Positions 39,193 through 52,127 of a stretch of DNA of 64,000 bases are shown here, piece after piece (position 1 is the stretch's first letter; each line of letters starts with the position of its first letter). Made by a program: the position numbers and the translations under genes. The notes below the pieces were generated by a model. The model had not been told where the DNA came from, searched no databases, and worked only from the letters and a program-made list of their open reading frames with translations. The DNA comes from Flavobacteriaceae bacterium. Its GTDB lineage: Bacteria; Bacteroidota; Bacteroidia; Flavobacteriales; Flavobacteriaceae. Location: positions 293-64,292 of the forward strand of contig QXZA01000027.1 of assembly GCA_009886625.1 (NCBI GenBank), given 5' to 3'.

Positions 39193-40482
39193 TCAAAAAT
39201 CGCGATAATCCCAAGGTCCTCTATAGGCGCGATCCAACATTAAATTAGCTCCAGGGTCATCAATGAATTGCTCCGATTTTGGATTCCATTCCAAGGGTCT
39301 TTGTAGTGCATAGGCGATATTGGCAATATTACATACGGTTGCAGTACGATGTCCTACTTCAACATCACAGATGGGACGAGTTCTCTTTTTAATAGCATCA
39401 AGCCAGTCTTCATGGTGGTTTGGACTGTTATATACTCGATTGGTATCACTCTCTCTTAAGGGCTTTTTAGCAAGTGAAGCGTCAGGAAAGGTTTTTAAAT
39501 ATCCCCTACTAATTTCTAAACGTCCCTCAGTTCCAATAAACTGAATTTCATTGTTGCCACTCCCCCATTTGGTGTGGGTTACTTTAATTCCATTTTCATA
39601 AGTATAGGTCAGTCCTTCAGTAGTGACTCCGCCTGGAGGGGTAAAATGTAAAGGTCCTGTGTGGTCCATATCCAATGCCCATTGCACAATGTCGAACATA
39701 TGCGCCCCCCAATCAGTAATCATACCTCCTCCAAAAGGAGTGTAATCTCGCCACATTCCCCAACGTTTATCGTCTATAGGACAAGCCAAATCATAGTGAT
39801 AGCCTCTGTAAGGAGCAGGGCCGATCCATGCATTCCAATCAATATTTTCAGGGATAGGTTGGCCGGGTAAATCACATGCTTTATAAGGTGCGCCAATAGC
39901 TACTTTAATCTCTTTTACTTCACCTATGTATCCATTGCGAATTAAGTTTACACCATGACGAAAACGATCCCATGAACGTTGCATGCTTCCTGTCTGAAAT
40001 ACCCGTTGGTATTTTCGCGTAGCGTCAACCATAGCTCTTCCTTCTGCTACAGAACTAGAGAGCGGTTTTTCACAATAAATATCTTTTCTTGCTTTGGCAG
40101 CATCAACAGTCATTTGTGCATGCCAATGGTCTGGAGAGGCAATCACAACCGCATCAATATCTTTTCGTTCGAGTAATTCACGATAGGCAGCTATTTGAAT
40201 TAAATTTTGAGAGGGTTTCTTCTTTTTAGCTAAAGTTTTTTGAAAAGTTTCATTAAAAAAAGACATTTTATTGATATCCACATCACTCACCGCAACAACC
40301 GAAGCATTATCATAATTCACAAAATTGGTCATCAAGCCTCTTCCCTGTTTCCCTACCCCAATAAAACCCAATTGAATTTTATCGTTGGGTGCTGTTTTCC
40401 CAAAACCCAAAACGTGGCTAGGTACAATGCTAAAAACAGAAGCTGTAGCTGCAGTTTTATGAATAAAATCTCTTCTTTTCAT
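39193..40482 (-). CDS. Gfo/Idh/MocA-family oxidoreductase with twin-arginine signal
   Basis: Tat-like MKRRDFIHKTAATASVFS and Rossmann motif LGFIGVGKQGRG; 429 aa. Confidence 0.8.
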   Translation of the reverse strand: MKRRDFIHKTAATASVFSIVPSHVLGFGKTAPNDKIQLGFIGVGKQGRGLMTNFVNYDNASVVAVSDVDINKMSFFNETFQKTLAKKKKPSQNLIQIAAYRELLERKDIDAVVIASPDHWHAQMTVDAAKARKDIYCEKPLSSSVAEGRAMVDATRKYQRVFQTGSMQRSWDRFRHGVNLIRNGYIGEVKEIKVAIGAPYKACDLPGQPIPENIDWNAWIGPAPYRGYHYDLACPIDDKRWGMWRDYTPFGGGMITDWGAHMFDIVQWALDMDHTGPLHFTPPGGVTTEGLTYTYENGIKVTHTKWGSGNNEIQFIGTEGRLEISRGYLKTFPDASLAKKPLRESDTNRVYNSPNHHEDWLDAIKKRTRPICDVEVGHRTATVCNIANIAYALQRPLEWNPKSEQFIDDPGANLMLDRAYRGPWDYRDF

Positions 40483-40556
40483 TTTGTTAAATTTTGTTTT
40501 AAACTTAAATGTACTAATAAAACAATCTTATAATTTAGGATTTTGTATTTTTCTTC

Positions 40557-41588
40557 ATGCCATCGAAATCAAGAATCTACTTTTTGGATGCCTTTCGTGC
40601 TTTTGCTATCCTAATGATGTTACAAGGACATTTCATCAGTGGTTTGTTAGACAGCTCTACTATAGACACAACCCATTGGGTTTATAGATTTTGGCTCTAT
40701 TGCAGAGGTTTTACAGCTCCTGTATTTTTTACCATTACGGGTTGGATCTTTTGTTTTTTACTCATAAGAGAAGAACATGACAACTACAATCCAAGAATTA
40801 AAAAAGGAATAAAAAGAGGACTCGAATTATTACTTTGGGGGTATCTCCTGAGACTAAACCTTACCACACTTTTTTATGGATCTATCAACTGCTCTTTTTC
40901 ACAACCCGATGTGCTTCATGTGATTGGACTATCCATTGTTTTAATTTTAACCATTTACTTATGCTTTCGTTTTTTAAAGCAACATCTAGCTTGGGTGTTT
41001 ATGTTGCTTGGTCTCCTTATTTTTCTATTTGAACCTTTATATACTCAACTCAATTTGGACAGTATTCCTGAATTTATTGCCTCCTATATAATTAAAGGAT
41101 ATGGAGGTGTGTTCTACCTATTTCCATGGCTTGGGTATGTATTTATAGGATCGAGTATTGCTTTCCTTTTTAATTATCAATACGGAAGGAGTACCCTAGG
41201 GATTTTAGCTTTTGCCACTATCGGATTGCTTCTTGTTTTTGCTTCTTCGCCTTTTTTAAATTGGATTGGAGATAAATTTAATCTATCTCTTTTTAAATTC
41301 ATAGCTCAAAACAATTATCTTTTTATTCGCTTGGGAGACTTTTTTGTACTGTTGTCAGTTTTCATATTCTTTGAAAATAGATTCCAGAATGGTGTATGGA
41401 AGTTTCTAGGAACAAATACTTTAGATCTTTATATCGTACATTATTTTATTTTATATGGGAGTCTCAGTGGCTGGGGACTATATAAATTTTTTGCGCATCA
41501 ATTAAATCTCACAGAAACTCTAATGGGACTCTTCCTATTTTTAACAGTCTGTATTGGCATTGTTTTTGTTTTAAAAAAAATAAAATAG
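40557..41588 (+). CDS. integral-membrane acyltransferase-like protein (DUF1624 / heparan-alpha-glucosaminide N-acetyltransferase-like)
   Basis: N-terminal RIYFLDAFRAFAILMMLQGH, typical of that family; about 10 TM. Confidence 0.6.
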   Translation: MPSKSRIYFLDAFRAFAILMMLQGHFISGLLDSSTIDTTHWVYRFWLYCRGFTAPVFFTITGWIFCFLLIREEHDNYNPRIKKGIKRGLELLLWGYLLRLNLTTLFYGSINCSFSQPDVLHVIGLSIVLILTIYLCFRFLKQHLAWVFMLLGLLIFLFEPLYTQLNLDSIPEFIASYIIKGYGGVFYLFPWLGYVFIGSSIAFLFNYQYGRSTLGILAFATIGLLLVFASSPFLNWIGDKFNLSLFKFIAQNNYLFIRLGDFFVLLSVFIFFENRFQNGVWKFLGTNTLDLYIVHYFILYGSLSGWGLYKFFAHQLNLTETLMGLFLFLTVCIGIVFVLKKIK

Positions 41589-41592
41589 CCCT

Positions 41593-41961
41593 ATGAATCC
41601 CCATGTACTTTTTCCTTTGATTTTCTTAATTATCACTACTGCTAGTTGGTCAAAAGAGGAAAATAATACACTTCAAATAGAAGGAACTTTAATTCGAGTA
41701 AATCACTACAAGAAAGATTGTGTTGGGCTTATAGAACAAGAATGTTTTCTTGTCCAACAAGAGGACGCTATTGGTTGTGACAACTGGTCGTTTTTTTACG
41801 ATGACATTATTGGCTTTACATTTATTGCTGGGTTCATTTATGATCTGGATGTAAAAATTGAAGCACGTAATCCAATTCCACAAGATATTGGGAAATACCG
41901 TTATACCTTAATTAAGGTTTTATCAAAACAAAAAGTTGAAGATTCAATGGATATCATCTAA
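41593..41961 (+). CDS. small secreted protein, DUF4377-like
   Basis: Signal peptide, then ...CVGLIEQECFLVQQ...WSFFYDDIIGFTFIAGFIYDLDV... resembles DUF4377. The assignment is from memory. Confidence 0.45.
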   Translation: MNPHVLFPLIFLIITTASWSKEENNTLQIEGTLIRVNHYKKDCVGLIEQECFLVQQEDAIGCDNWSFFYDDIIGFTFIAGFIYDLDVKIEARNPIPQDIGKYRYTLIKVLSKQKVEDSMDII

Positions 41962-42011
41962 AAGTAAGATCCTAATGGCATTCCTCGAATTCTTCAAAAT
42001 ATTTATTATAC

Positions 42012-43418
42012 CTAAACATGCAGAGCTCTATTCTCAGTGGCTGCTAAAGCGGCTTCTTTGATGGCTTCTGCATAAGTAGGGTGCGAATGACTCATTCTGG
42101 CTATATCTTCTGCAGAGGCTCTAAACTCCATTGCAGTAACAGCTTCAGCAATTAAATCGGCAGCACGAGCTCCAATCATGTGAACCCCCAACACTTCATC
42201 AGTTTGGGCATCGGCAAGGATCTTTACAAAACCATCTGTGTCCATACTTGCTCTAGCTCTCCCAAGGGCACGCATTGGAAATTGGCCACTTTTATAATTC
42301 ACTCCAGCAGCTTTAAGCTGTTCTTCTGTTTTTCCTACAGCTGCAACTTCTGGCCATGTATAAATTACATTAGGTACTAAATTATAATCAATATGTGGTT
42401 TTTGACCTGCCAAAAACTCAGCAACTAGCACTCCTTCTTCCTCAGCCTTGTGAGCCAACATCGCTCCACGAACTACATCACCAATTGCATAAATATTTGA
42501 TGCTGAAGTTTGTAGATGATCATTAACCTCTACCTGTCCTCTTTCATTTAATTGTACCCCAGCTGCAGCTGCATTCAATCCTTCGGTATAAGGTTTTCTT
42601 CCAACAGACACCAAACAATAGTCCCCTTCAAAATGAACTTCGTTTCCTTTTTTATCTGTTGCAGTGACTGATACCAAATCTGCTTTCCGTTCTACTTTAT
42701 TCACACCATGAGAAAGGTAGAATTTAACTCCTTGTTTCTTCATGACTTTGGCCAATTCTTTAGATAAACCTGCATCCATGATAGGGGTAATTCGATCTGC
42801 ATATTCTATTACAGATACTTCCGCTCCAAGACGACGGTATACTTGACCTAATTCTAAACCAATAACACCTCCTCCAATAACAACCAAATGTTTAGGGATT
42901 TCCTTTAACTTCAAAGCTTCAGTAGAAGTTATCACACGTTCCTTATCCAAGGAAATAAAAGGCAAACTTCCTGGTTTAGACCCTGTAGCAATGATACTAT
43001 TTTTTGCTTCTATGGTTTGGGAATCATTCCCATCTATTTTGATATGCGTTGCATCTGTAAAACTCCCAAGACCTTCAAAAGTATCGATTTTATTTTTTTG
43101 CATTAAATAATCGATCCCCTTCGTTGTTTGTTCAACTACGGCAGCTTTACGGTCTATCATTTGCTTGAAATTGATTTTGATTTCTCCTTCAATTTCAATT
43201 CCATGTTCAGAAAAATGCTTCTGTGCATCTTCATAATGATGAGAGGAATCTAAAAGAGATTTTGAAGGAATACAACCTACATTCAAACAGGTCCCCCCAA
43301 GACTACTGTATTTCTCAATTAAAGCAGTTTTTAATCCCAATTGGGCACAACGAATCGCTGCAACATATCCTCCAGGTCCAGAACCAATAACGGCAACATC
43401 ATAAACACTCATAATCAA
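42012..43418 (-). CDS. lpdA: dihydrolipoyl dehydrogenase
   Basis: FAD motif VIGSGPGGYVAAIR, redox disulfide GGTCLNVGCIPSK, and C-terminal HSHPTYAE. Confidence 0.94.
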   Translation of the reverse strand: MIMSVYDVAVIGSGPGGYVAAIRCAQLGLKTALIEKYSSLGGTCLNVGCIPSKSLLDSSHHYEDAQKHFSEHGIEIEGEIKINFKQMIDRKAAVVEQTTKGIDYLMQKNKIDTFEGLGSFTDATHIKIDGNDSQTIEAKNSIIATGSKPGSLPFISLDKERVITSTEALKLKEIPKHLVVIGGGVIGLELGQVYRRLGAEVSVIEYADRITPIMDAGLSKELAKVMKKQGVKFYLSHGVNKVERKADLVSVTATDKKGNEVHFEGDYCLVSVGRKPYTEGLNAAAAGVQLNERGQVEVNDHLQTSASNIYAIGDVVRGAMLAHKAEEEGVLVAEFLAGQKPHIDYNLVPNVIYTWPEVAAVGKTEEQLKAAGVNYKSGQFPMRALGRARASMDTDGFVKILADAQTDEVLGVHMIGARAADLIAEAVTAMEFRASAEDIARMSHSHPTYAEAIKEAALAATENRALHV

Positions 43419-43694
43419 ATAATTTATTTGACTCTAAAAGTACAAATGTTTCTTTGTACCCCACAACTCATAAGAATTGAATTTGAAATAATTTTTATTA
43501 CATTTTAAGAGATTTAAAAAAATCTTAGCCCATGTCCAAAACTCTTTTTCGGCACTTCCATTAAATTTTGAAACAGGAATTATGGTGCTATGTCGAAAAT
43601 TTGACTAAATAAATCAATGGTTAAAGGATCTACACATTTGCTTCTAAATTGATTTAAATTCATTAAACTTGTAGACTTAGTTAAAAAAATTCAT

Positions 43695-45128
43695 TTGAAA
43701 AACAAAAAACTCTCCTTAGGAATAGCTCTTTTACCCATCTTAATTCTTGTTGTTTTACTTTCTTACAATGTGTTAGTTTACGGAGATAATGCCCTGGGAG
43801 GATCAAATCAATTTATCCTTCTTTTAGGTGCTGCCATAGCTGGGATAGTTGGGTTCTACTATAAAGTAAGCTACAAATTTATGATTGATAAAGTTGCAGA
43901 AAATTTGCAATCTGTTACTGGTGCTTTATTGATTTTATTATTTGTTGGAGCACTCGCGGGGACATGGCTTATCAGTGGTATTATTCCAGCAATGATTTAC
44001 TATGGTTTACAAATTTTACATCCTAGTATCTTTTTACCTGCTTGCATTATTATTTGTGCCATTATCTCTTTAGCAACAGGAAGTAGCTGGACTACTTCAG
44101 CTACTGTTGGGATTGCTTTAATTGGAATTGGAAAAGTTTTAGGTATCCCCGTTGGTATGGTTGCTGGAGCCGTTATATCGGGAGCGTATTTTGGAGACAA
44201 ACTTTCTCCTCTGAGCGACACCACAAACCTCGCTCCTGCCATGGCAGGTGGAGAATTATTTTCCCATATTCGATATATGACATACACAACAGTCCCAAGT
44301 ATTGTAATTACCATCATTGTATTCACAATACTAAGTTTAACCCAAAATACTACTGGTGCTGCAGATACCGAAAGTTTAATGCTGGCTATTGAAGAAAAAT
44401 TTACCATCACCCCCTTTCTGTTCATAGTTCCTGCAGTAGTTATCTTGTTAATTGTCAAAAAAAGTCCTCCTTTAATTGCCTTATTGATTGGATCTTTACT
44501 TGGAGGTGTTTTCGCACTTCTTTTTCAAAGTAAAATCCTTCTTGAGATTACTGAAGCAAGTGTTTTAAGTTTCGAGGTTGGATACCGTGCCATAATGGAT
44601 TCAATGACAGTATCTACAGAAATCACCACAACAAATGCATTGCTTAATGATTTATTTACCTCTGGTGGAATGGAAGGAATGCTAGGCACCATTTGGCTCA
44701 TTATCTGTGCTATGGTTTTTGGTGGAATTATGGATGCAATAGGAGCATTAGAGCGTATTAGTTCCGCTTTATTAAATTGGGCTCAAACTACTTTTCAATT
44801 ATTTGCAAGTACCGTGGCATCTTGTTTAGCTATAAACCTAACTGCTTCTGATCAATATCTGTCGATTGTTATCCCAGGAAAAATGTTTTCCAAAGCCTAT
44901 AAAGATCGTAAGCTAGCTCCTGAAAACTTGAGCAGAACCCTAGAAGATTCCGGAACTGTAACCTCTGTACTGATTCCATGGAATACTTGTGGTGCATACC
45001 AATCAGGGGTGCTTGGGGTTGGGGTTGGTGAATATTTTATTTATGCTATTTTCAATTGGCTAAGTCCTTTTATGACGTTACTTTTTGCCGCCCTTAACAT
45101 CAAAATCAAAGCTTTAAAAGAGCAATAA
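43695..45128 (+). CDS. nhaC: Na+/H+ antiporter NhaC family
   Basis: 477 aa, about 12 TM. GSSWTTSATVGIALIG and PWNTCGAY are typical NhaC segments. TTG start according to the track. Confidence 0.82.
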   Translation: MKNKKLSLGIALLPILILVVLLSYNVLVYGDNALGGSNQFILLLGAAIAGIVGFYYKVSYKFMIDKVAENLQSVTGALLILLFVGALAGTWLISGIIPAMIYYGLQILHPSIFLPACIIICAIISLATGSSWTTSATVGIALIGIGKVLGIPVGMVAGAVISGAYFGDKLSPLSDTTNLAPAMAGGELFSHIRYMTYTTVPSIVITIIVFTILSLTQNTTGAADTESLMLAIEEKFTITPFLFIVPAVVILLIVKKSPPLIALLIGSLLGGVFALLFQSKILLEITEASVLSFEVGYRAIMDSMTVSTEITTTNALLNDLFTSGGMEGMLGTIWLIICAMVFGGIMDAIGALERISSALLNWAQTTFQLFASTVASCLAINLTASDQYLSIVIPGKMFSKAYKDRKLAPENLSRTLEDSGTVTSVLIPWNTCGAYQSGVLGVGVGEYFIYAIFNWLSPFMTLLFAALNIKIKALKEQ

Positions 45129-45142
45129 AAATTTCTTAAAGC

Positions 45143-45176
45143 AAAAAAAGGCATCTCATAATGATATGCCTTTTTT
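45143..45176. terminator. bidirectional intrinsic terminator between nhaC and katG
   Basis: AAAAAAA-GGCATCTCAT-a-ATGATATGCC-TTTTTT has one mismatch in the stem and A/T runs on both sides. Confidence 0.75.
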
Positions 45177-45193
45177 AATTCAATTTACTTTTA

Positions 45194-47440
<2,247 letters not shown>

Positions 47441-47705
47441 TTAATAAATGTATTAATCATTTATAAAATCCAATAGGCATATCTATTAAATTTCTATATA
47501 GTCTTATCAGTATTGATTATCGTGTAAAATAATTAGATCTGCTGAGAACGGAATGTACTCTAAACAGCTTTTTTTCTTAATTCTAACTTAGGTTATTAAG
47601 AAGAATTAATTCTTGTCTTCTTTCTAGAAATTAATCATTTTACTATTGCAGTTTAGTCTGCTTTTTTGATTTTGAATTTGTATTTTTGCTTAAGAGCAAT
47701 AATTC

Positions 47706-50030
47706 ATGGCTAAAAAGCAAAAAACCTCTGAAACTGATTTAATGAAAAGACGCCAACAACAAGTGTTGTTGGGTGGAGCTTTACTTCTAATTTCAATTTT
47801 ACTTGGTATTTCTTTTCTATCCTACCTCTTCTCCTGGCAGACTGATTATAGCACATTGGGTGTTTTAGGCGATAAGTCCGTAGAAGCAAAAAATCTTTTA
47901 AATAAATTAGGAGCTTACCTCAGTCATTTCTTTGTCTTTAAAGGAGTGGGGTTGTCTGCCTTTCTATTTGTTTATCTGATTGGCCTTTCTGGCTTTAAAC
48001 TCTTTTTTCGAAAATCTACCCTTGGTTTACTTTCTACATGGGCATGGGGTGTTGCACATATGCTATGGCTAAGTTTAGCTCTCGCCTATTTTTGGGTAGA
48101 GACTCCCCTATTTTCAGGGATTATTGGTTTTGAAGTACATGATTTTTTAGTTGCATATATTGGTAAAGTTGGTCTTTTTGGAATTTTACTTTTCCTCTTT
48201 CTTTGCTTTATTGTTATTGAATTAGAAATGACTCCAGAACGAATAATGACATGGATAGAAAGCCTGAAAAAAGAAGAAAAAGAGACTGAAGAAACCTTAA
48301 ACAATATTCCAGAAAGCGAGGATTCCATTTCTCTTGACATTTCATCTCTTGAAGAAACTCCACAAATAACTTTAGAAACCGAAGATTCTCATCCTGAACT
48401 ACTGGAACCCACAATAAAAAAAGAGGCTCCCAAAGAAACGGATTCCATTGAAATGGAGATCGAGCAAACTGAAGAAGAAACCGTAGATGAAAAACTAGCG
48501 AGGAAGTTAGTTGAGAAGCAAGATTTTTTTGATCCTACTTTGGAGTTGAGCAAGTTTATTATGCCTGGGTTCAATTTATTGAAGGATTATGGTGACGGAG
48601 GTATTACCATAAATCAAGAGGAACTTGAAAAAAATAAGAATAAGATTGTTGAGACCCTCAACAATTATAAAATAGGAATTGCCAACATCAAGGCTACTAT
48701 TGGACCGACGGTAACTCTTTATGAAATTGTACCTGAGGCAGGGGTTCGTATTTCTAAAATAAAAAACTTAGAAGATGATATTGCCCTTTCTTTATCTGCC
48801 TTAGGGATTCGAATCATTGCTCCTATCCCAGGAAAAGGAACCATTGGAATAGAGGTACCAAATCAAAACCCGTCTATTGTATCCATGCGTTCTGTAATCA
48901 GTGCTACTAAATTTCAAAATGCTGAAATGGAATTGCCCATCGCGCTAGGAAAAACCATCAGCAATGAAACTTTCGTGGTTGATTTAGCTAAAATGCCTCA
49001 CCTTCTTATGGCGGGAGCTACGGGTCAGGGAAAGTCAGTTGGATTAAATGCAGTATTAACGTCTCTACTCTACAAAAAACATCCTGCGGAGGTTAAATTT
49101 GTATTAGTTGATCCAAAAAAGGTGGAGTTAAACATCTACAATAAAATAGAGCGTCATTATCTGGCCAAACTTCCCGATACTGAGGAAGCAATCATAACAG
49201 ACAACACTAAAGTGATTAACACTTTAAACTCCCTTTGTATTGAAATGGACAATCGCTACGAATTGCTCAAAAATGCAATGTGTAGAAATTTAAAGGAATA
49301 CAATAAAAAATTTAGAGAACGAAAGTTAAATCCAAATGATGGGCATAGCTTTTTGCCTTATATTGTTTTGGTAGTGGACGAATTTGCTGACCTAATCATG
49401 ACTGCAGGGAAAGAGGTAGAAACACCCATCGCACGACTTGCTCAATTGGCACGAGCCATTGGAATTCACCTCATCATTGCTACCCAACGTCCCTCTGTGA
49501 ATGTAATTACCGGTATTATTAAAGCTAACTTCCCTGCACGAATAGCGTTTAGAGTTACCTCAAAAATTGATTCTAGAACTATTTTAGACAGTGGTGGAGC
49601 TGACCAGCTAATAGGTAGAGGAGATATGCTCTATACCCAAGGAAATGAACTTACCAGAATTCAGTGTGCTTTTGTTGACACACCAGAAGTTGAGAGAATT
49701 GCAGAATATGTGGGAGGACAACGTGGCTATGCAGATGCACATTTACTCCCTGAATATGTAGGTGAAGAAAACACAAGTACACTCGATATAGATGCCAGTG
49801 AACGAGATGCACTTTTTAGAGAAGCAGCAGAGGTCATTGTAACAGCTCAGCAAGGTTCGGCATCTTTATTGCAACGTAAACTTAAATTAGGATACAACAG
49901 AGCAGGGAGAATTATAGATCAGATGGAAGCTGCTGGAGTGGTTGGACCTTTTGAAGGGAGTAAAGCTAGACAGGTTCTAATAACTGATTTGGCTGCTTTA
50001 GACAGACTTATTAATGATGGAATCTTATGA
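47706..50030 (+). CDS. ftsK: DNA translocase FtsK
   Basis: N-terminal TM helices, acidic linker, Walker A GATGQGKS, Walker B VVDEFADL, and a gamma-domain wHTH (SASLLQRKLKLGYNRAGRIIDQME). Confidence 0.95.
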   Translation: MAKKQKTSETDLMKRRQQQVLLGGALLLISILLGISFLSYLFSWQTDYSTLGVLGDKSVEAKNLLNKLGAYLSHFFVFKGVGLSAFLFVYLIGLSGFKLFFRKSTLGLLSTWAWGVAHMLWLSLALAYFWVETPLFSGIIGFEVHDFLVAYIGKVGLFGILLFLFLCFIVIELEMTPERIMTWIESLKKEEKETEETLNNIPESEDSISLDISSLEETPQITLETEDSHPELLEPTIKKEAPKETDSIEMEIEQTEEETVDEKLARKLVEKQDFFDPTLELSKFIMPGFNLLKDYGDGGITINQEELEKNKNKIVETLNNYKIGIANIKATIGPTVTLYEIVPEAGVRISKIKNLEDDIALSLSALGIRIIAPIPGKGTIGIEVPNQNPSIVSMRSVISATKFQNAEMELPIALGKTISNETFVVDLAKMPHLLMAGATGQGKSVGLNAVLTSLLYKKHPAEVKFVLVDPKKVELNIYNKIERHYLAKLPDTEEAIITDNTKVINTLNSLCIEMDNRYELLKNAMCRNLKEYNKKFRERKLNPNDGHSFLPYIVLVVDEFADLIMTAGKEVETPIARLAQLARAIGIHLIIATQRPSVNVITGIIKANFPARIAFRVTSKIDSRTILDSGGADQLIGRGDMLYTQGNELTRIQCAFVDTPEVERIAEYVGGQRGYADAHLLPEYVGEENTSTLDIDASERDALFREAAEVIVTAQQGSASLLQRKLKLGYNRAGRIIDQMEAAGVVGPFEGSKARQVLITDLAALDRLINDGIL

Positions 50031-50665
50031 GAAAAATTTTGCTTTATACTTTTATTCTGTTTACAATATATAGTGGTTTAGCCCAAACCTCTGAAGCTGC
50101 CGTAAAGCTATTGGATGAAGTCTCTGAAACAATTGCCACTTTTGACAATCTAAGTTTTGACTTTTCATACACCCTAGAAAACAGACAAGAAAACATCAAA
50201 CAAGAAACGAGTGGCACAGTTACAGTGGAAGGAAATAAATATAAGCTCATGTACTTGGGAGCAGAGCAACTTAATGATGGTGAAAAAACATATACTATAG
50301 TTCCTGAAAATGAAGAAATTACCGTCAGCAATCCAGAAGATGAAGAGGACTTTGGAATCAATCCGTCCGAATTATTAAACTTTTACAAAGAAGGATATGA
50401 CTATCAATGGGACATCAAACAAAATATTTTTGGACGTACCATTCAGTTTGTAAAGTTAATCCCTAGTAGTGAGGATAAAGAAGTAAAGTATTTGTTATTG
50501 GGAATTGACATAGTCAAAAAGACCATTTATCGATTGATCGAAATTGGATCGAATGGAACACGCACCACCCTTACTTTATCAAATCAAATGTCTAATATGA
50601 CTCTAAAAGAAGACTTTTTTAAATTTGATGTTTCCCGATATCCTGATTATTACATAAACAACTAG
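50027..50665 (+). CDS. lolA: LolA-like outer-membrane lipoprotein carrier protein
   Basis: Signal peptide, ~210 aa, and the conserved position after ftsK in Bacteroidota. Sequence-level evidence is weak. Confidence 0.55.
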   Translation: MRKILLYTFILFTIYSGLAQTSEAAVKLLDEVSETIATFDNLSFDFSYTLENRQENIKQETSGTVTVEGNKYKLMYLGAEQLNDGEKTYTIVPENEEITVSNPEDEEDFGINPSELLNFYKEGYDYQWDIKQNIFGRTIQFVKLIPSSEDKEVKYLLLGIDIVKKTIYRLIEIGSNGTRTTLTLSNQMSNMTLKEDFFKFDVSRYPDYYINN

Positions 50666-50669
50666 TCGA

Positions 50670-52127
50670 TTGAAAATTATAGATCGATACATATTGAAAA
50701 GTTACTTAAGTCGCTTACTAAGTGTCTTCACTATTTGTATGTTCATCTTTATCATACAAACCTTTTGGCTTTTTATTGATGAGTTAGCGGGAAAGGGGTT
50801 GGATATAATAATTATTTCTAAATTTTTGTTGTATTACTCACCCAAATTAATTCCACTAGTTCTCCCCTTGTCTGTACTTTTGGCCTCTCTGATGACCTTC
50901 GGAACACTTTCGGAAAATTATGAGTTCGCGGCGATGAAATCCACAGGAATTTCTCTTCAAAGAGCCTTATTAGGATTGACAATTTTCCATATATTTTTAG
51001 GGATAGGTACCTTTTATTTTTCCAATCATGTAATCCCATATGGAGAACTCAAGTCCTACAATCTTAGGAGAAACCTTGCAAAACTAGAACCCACACTAGC
51101 AATTCGTGAAGGTATTTTTAATGAGATTGGTGAGATCAACATTAAAGTAGCCAAAAAGTATGGAGATAATGAACGTTTTTTGGAAGATATAATTATTCAT
51201 GAATACACTCCCAATAATGAAAACAACATTGTAATTAAAGCAGAACGGGGGGAAATGAAAAGCGAAACCACTGACCCAAACTTAAAATTGGTATTGTATA
51301 ATGGAAATCGATATGAAGAAGTTATTGCAAAAAAAGCTTCTGACCGAAAACGAATCCATCATGCTAAAGTTTATTTCGAAGAATATGAAATGAATATTGA
51401 CTTATCAAAGTTCAACAATGTAGATCTAGAAGAGGAAAATTATAAATCCACTTTTAGGATGCAAAAAATAAATCAATTGAAAATCAGTATCGACACTCTA
51501 CAGAGAAACTTTACAGAACAACAAGATGTCTTTAGTGAAAACTTTGGAAAGCAAAGTGTTTTAACGCGTACTGCAAACAACAGAACAGATCTAGTCGTCA
51601 GTGACACCTTACCTACTTCTCTTTTTGATTTTATTGTAACAGACGAAACTTGGAAAAAAAGTAGAGTAATGAACGAAAGTATAGTGAAAGTAAGGAGTTC
51701 GATTCGGAATTTAAATATGAAAAGAAATTCCTTTTTTTCCTTTCAAAAATTAATCAACCTACACAAAATCACTCTACAAGAAAAGTATACACTACTTTTC
51801 GCTTCTCTTCTTTTATTTTTAATTGGAGCTGCATTGGGAGCAATTATACGTAAAGGAGGATTAGGACTACCATTAGTACTCTCAGTATTAATTTTTCTGA
51901 CTTATCATTATATTGGTCTATTTGGAAAAAATGCAGCTGAAGACAACAGCATCCCTACTTTTTTTGCAAGCTGGTTGTCTACATTTATACTCGCTCCATT
52001 TGCAATAATATTAACTCGAAGAGCTTCTGCTGACAAAGGTTTTGTTAGTCTTGGCAATATAGTATATCCTCTTCAAGAAAAAATTAAACTTCTGTTCTCC
52101 ATCATAAAACGAAAGAAAAAAAAATGA
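50670..52127 (+). CDS. LptF/LptG-family permease
   Basis: MKIIDRYILKSYL... N-terminus, 3 TM, a large periplasmic insert, then 3 TM. TTG start. Confidence 0.75.
   Translation: MKIIDRYILKSYLSRLLSVFTICMFIFIIQTFWLFIDELAGKGLDIIIISKFLLYYSPKLIPLVLPLSVLLASLMTFGTLSENYEFAAMKSTGISLQRALLGLTIFHIFLGIGTFYFSNHVIPYGELKSYNLRRNLAKLEPTLAIREGIFNEIGEINIKVAKKYGDNERFLEDIIIHEYTPNNENNIVIKAERGEMKSETTDPNLKLVLYNGNRYEEVIAKKASDRKRIHHAKVYFEEYEMNIDLSKFNNVDLEEENYKSTFRMQKINQLKISIDTLQRNFTEQQDVFSENFGKQSVLTRTANNRTDLVVSDTLPTSLFDFIVTDETWKKSRVMNESIVKVRSSIRNLNMKRNSFFSFQKLINLHKITLQEKYTLLFASLLLFLIGAALGAIIRKGGLGLPLVLSVLIFLTYHYIGLFGKNAAEDNSIPTFFASWLSTFILAPFAIILTRRASADKGFVSLGNIVYPLQEKIKLLFSIIKRKKKK

Noticed and set aside
40240-40687. Track ORFs 40240-40533 and 40484-40687.
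   Set aside because: The first is antisense to the start of the Gfo/Idh/MocA gene. The second is out of frame with, and overlaps, the better-supported acyltransferase-like gene starting at 40557.
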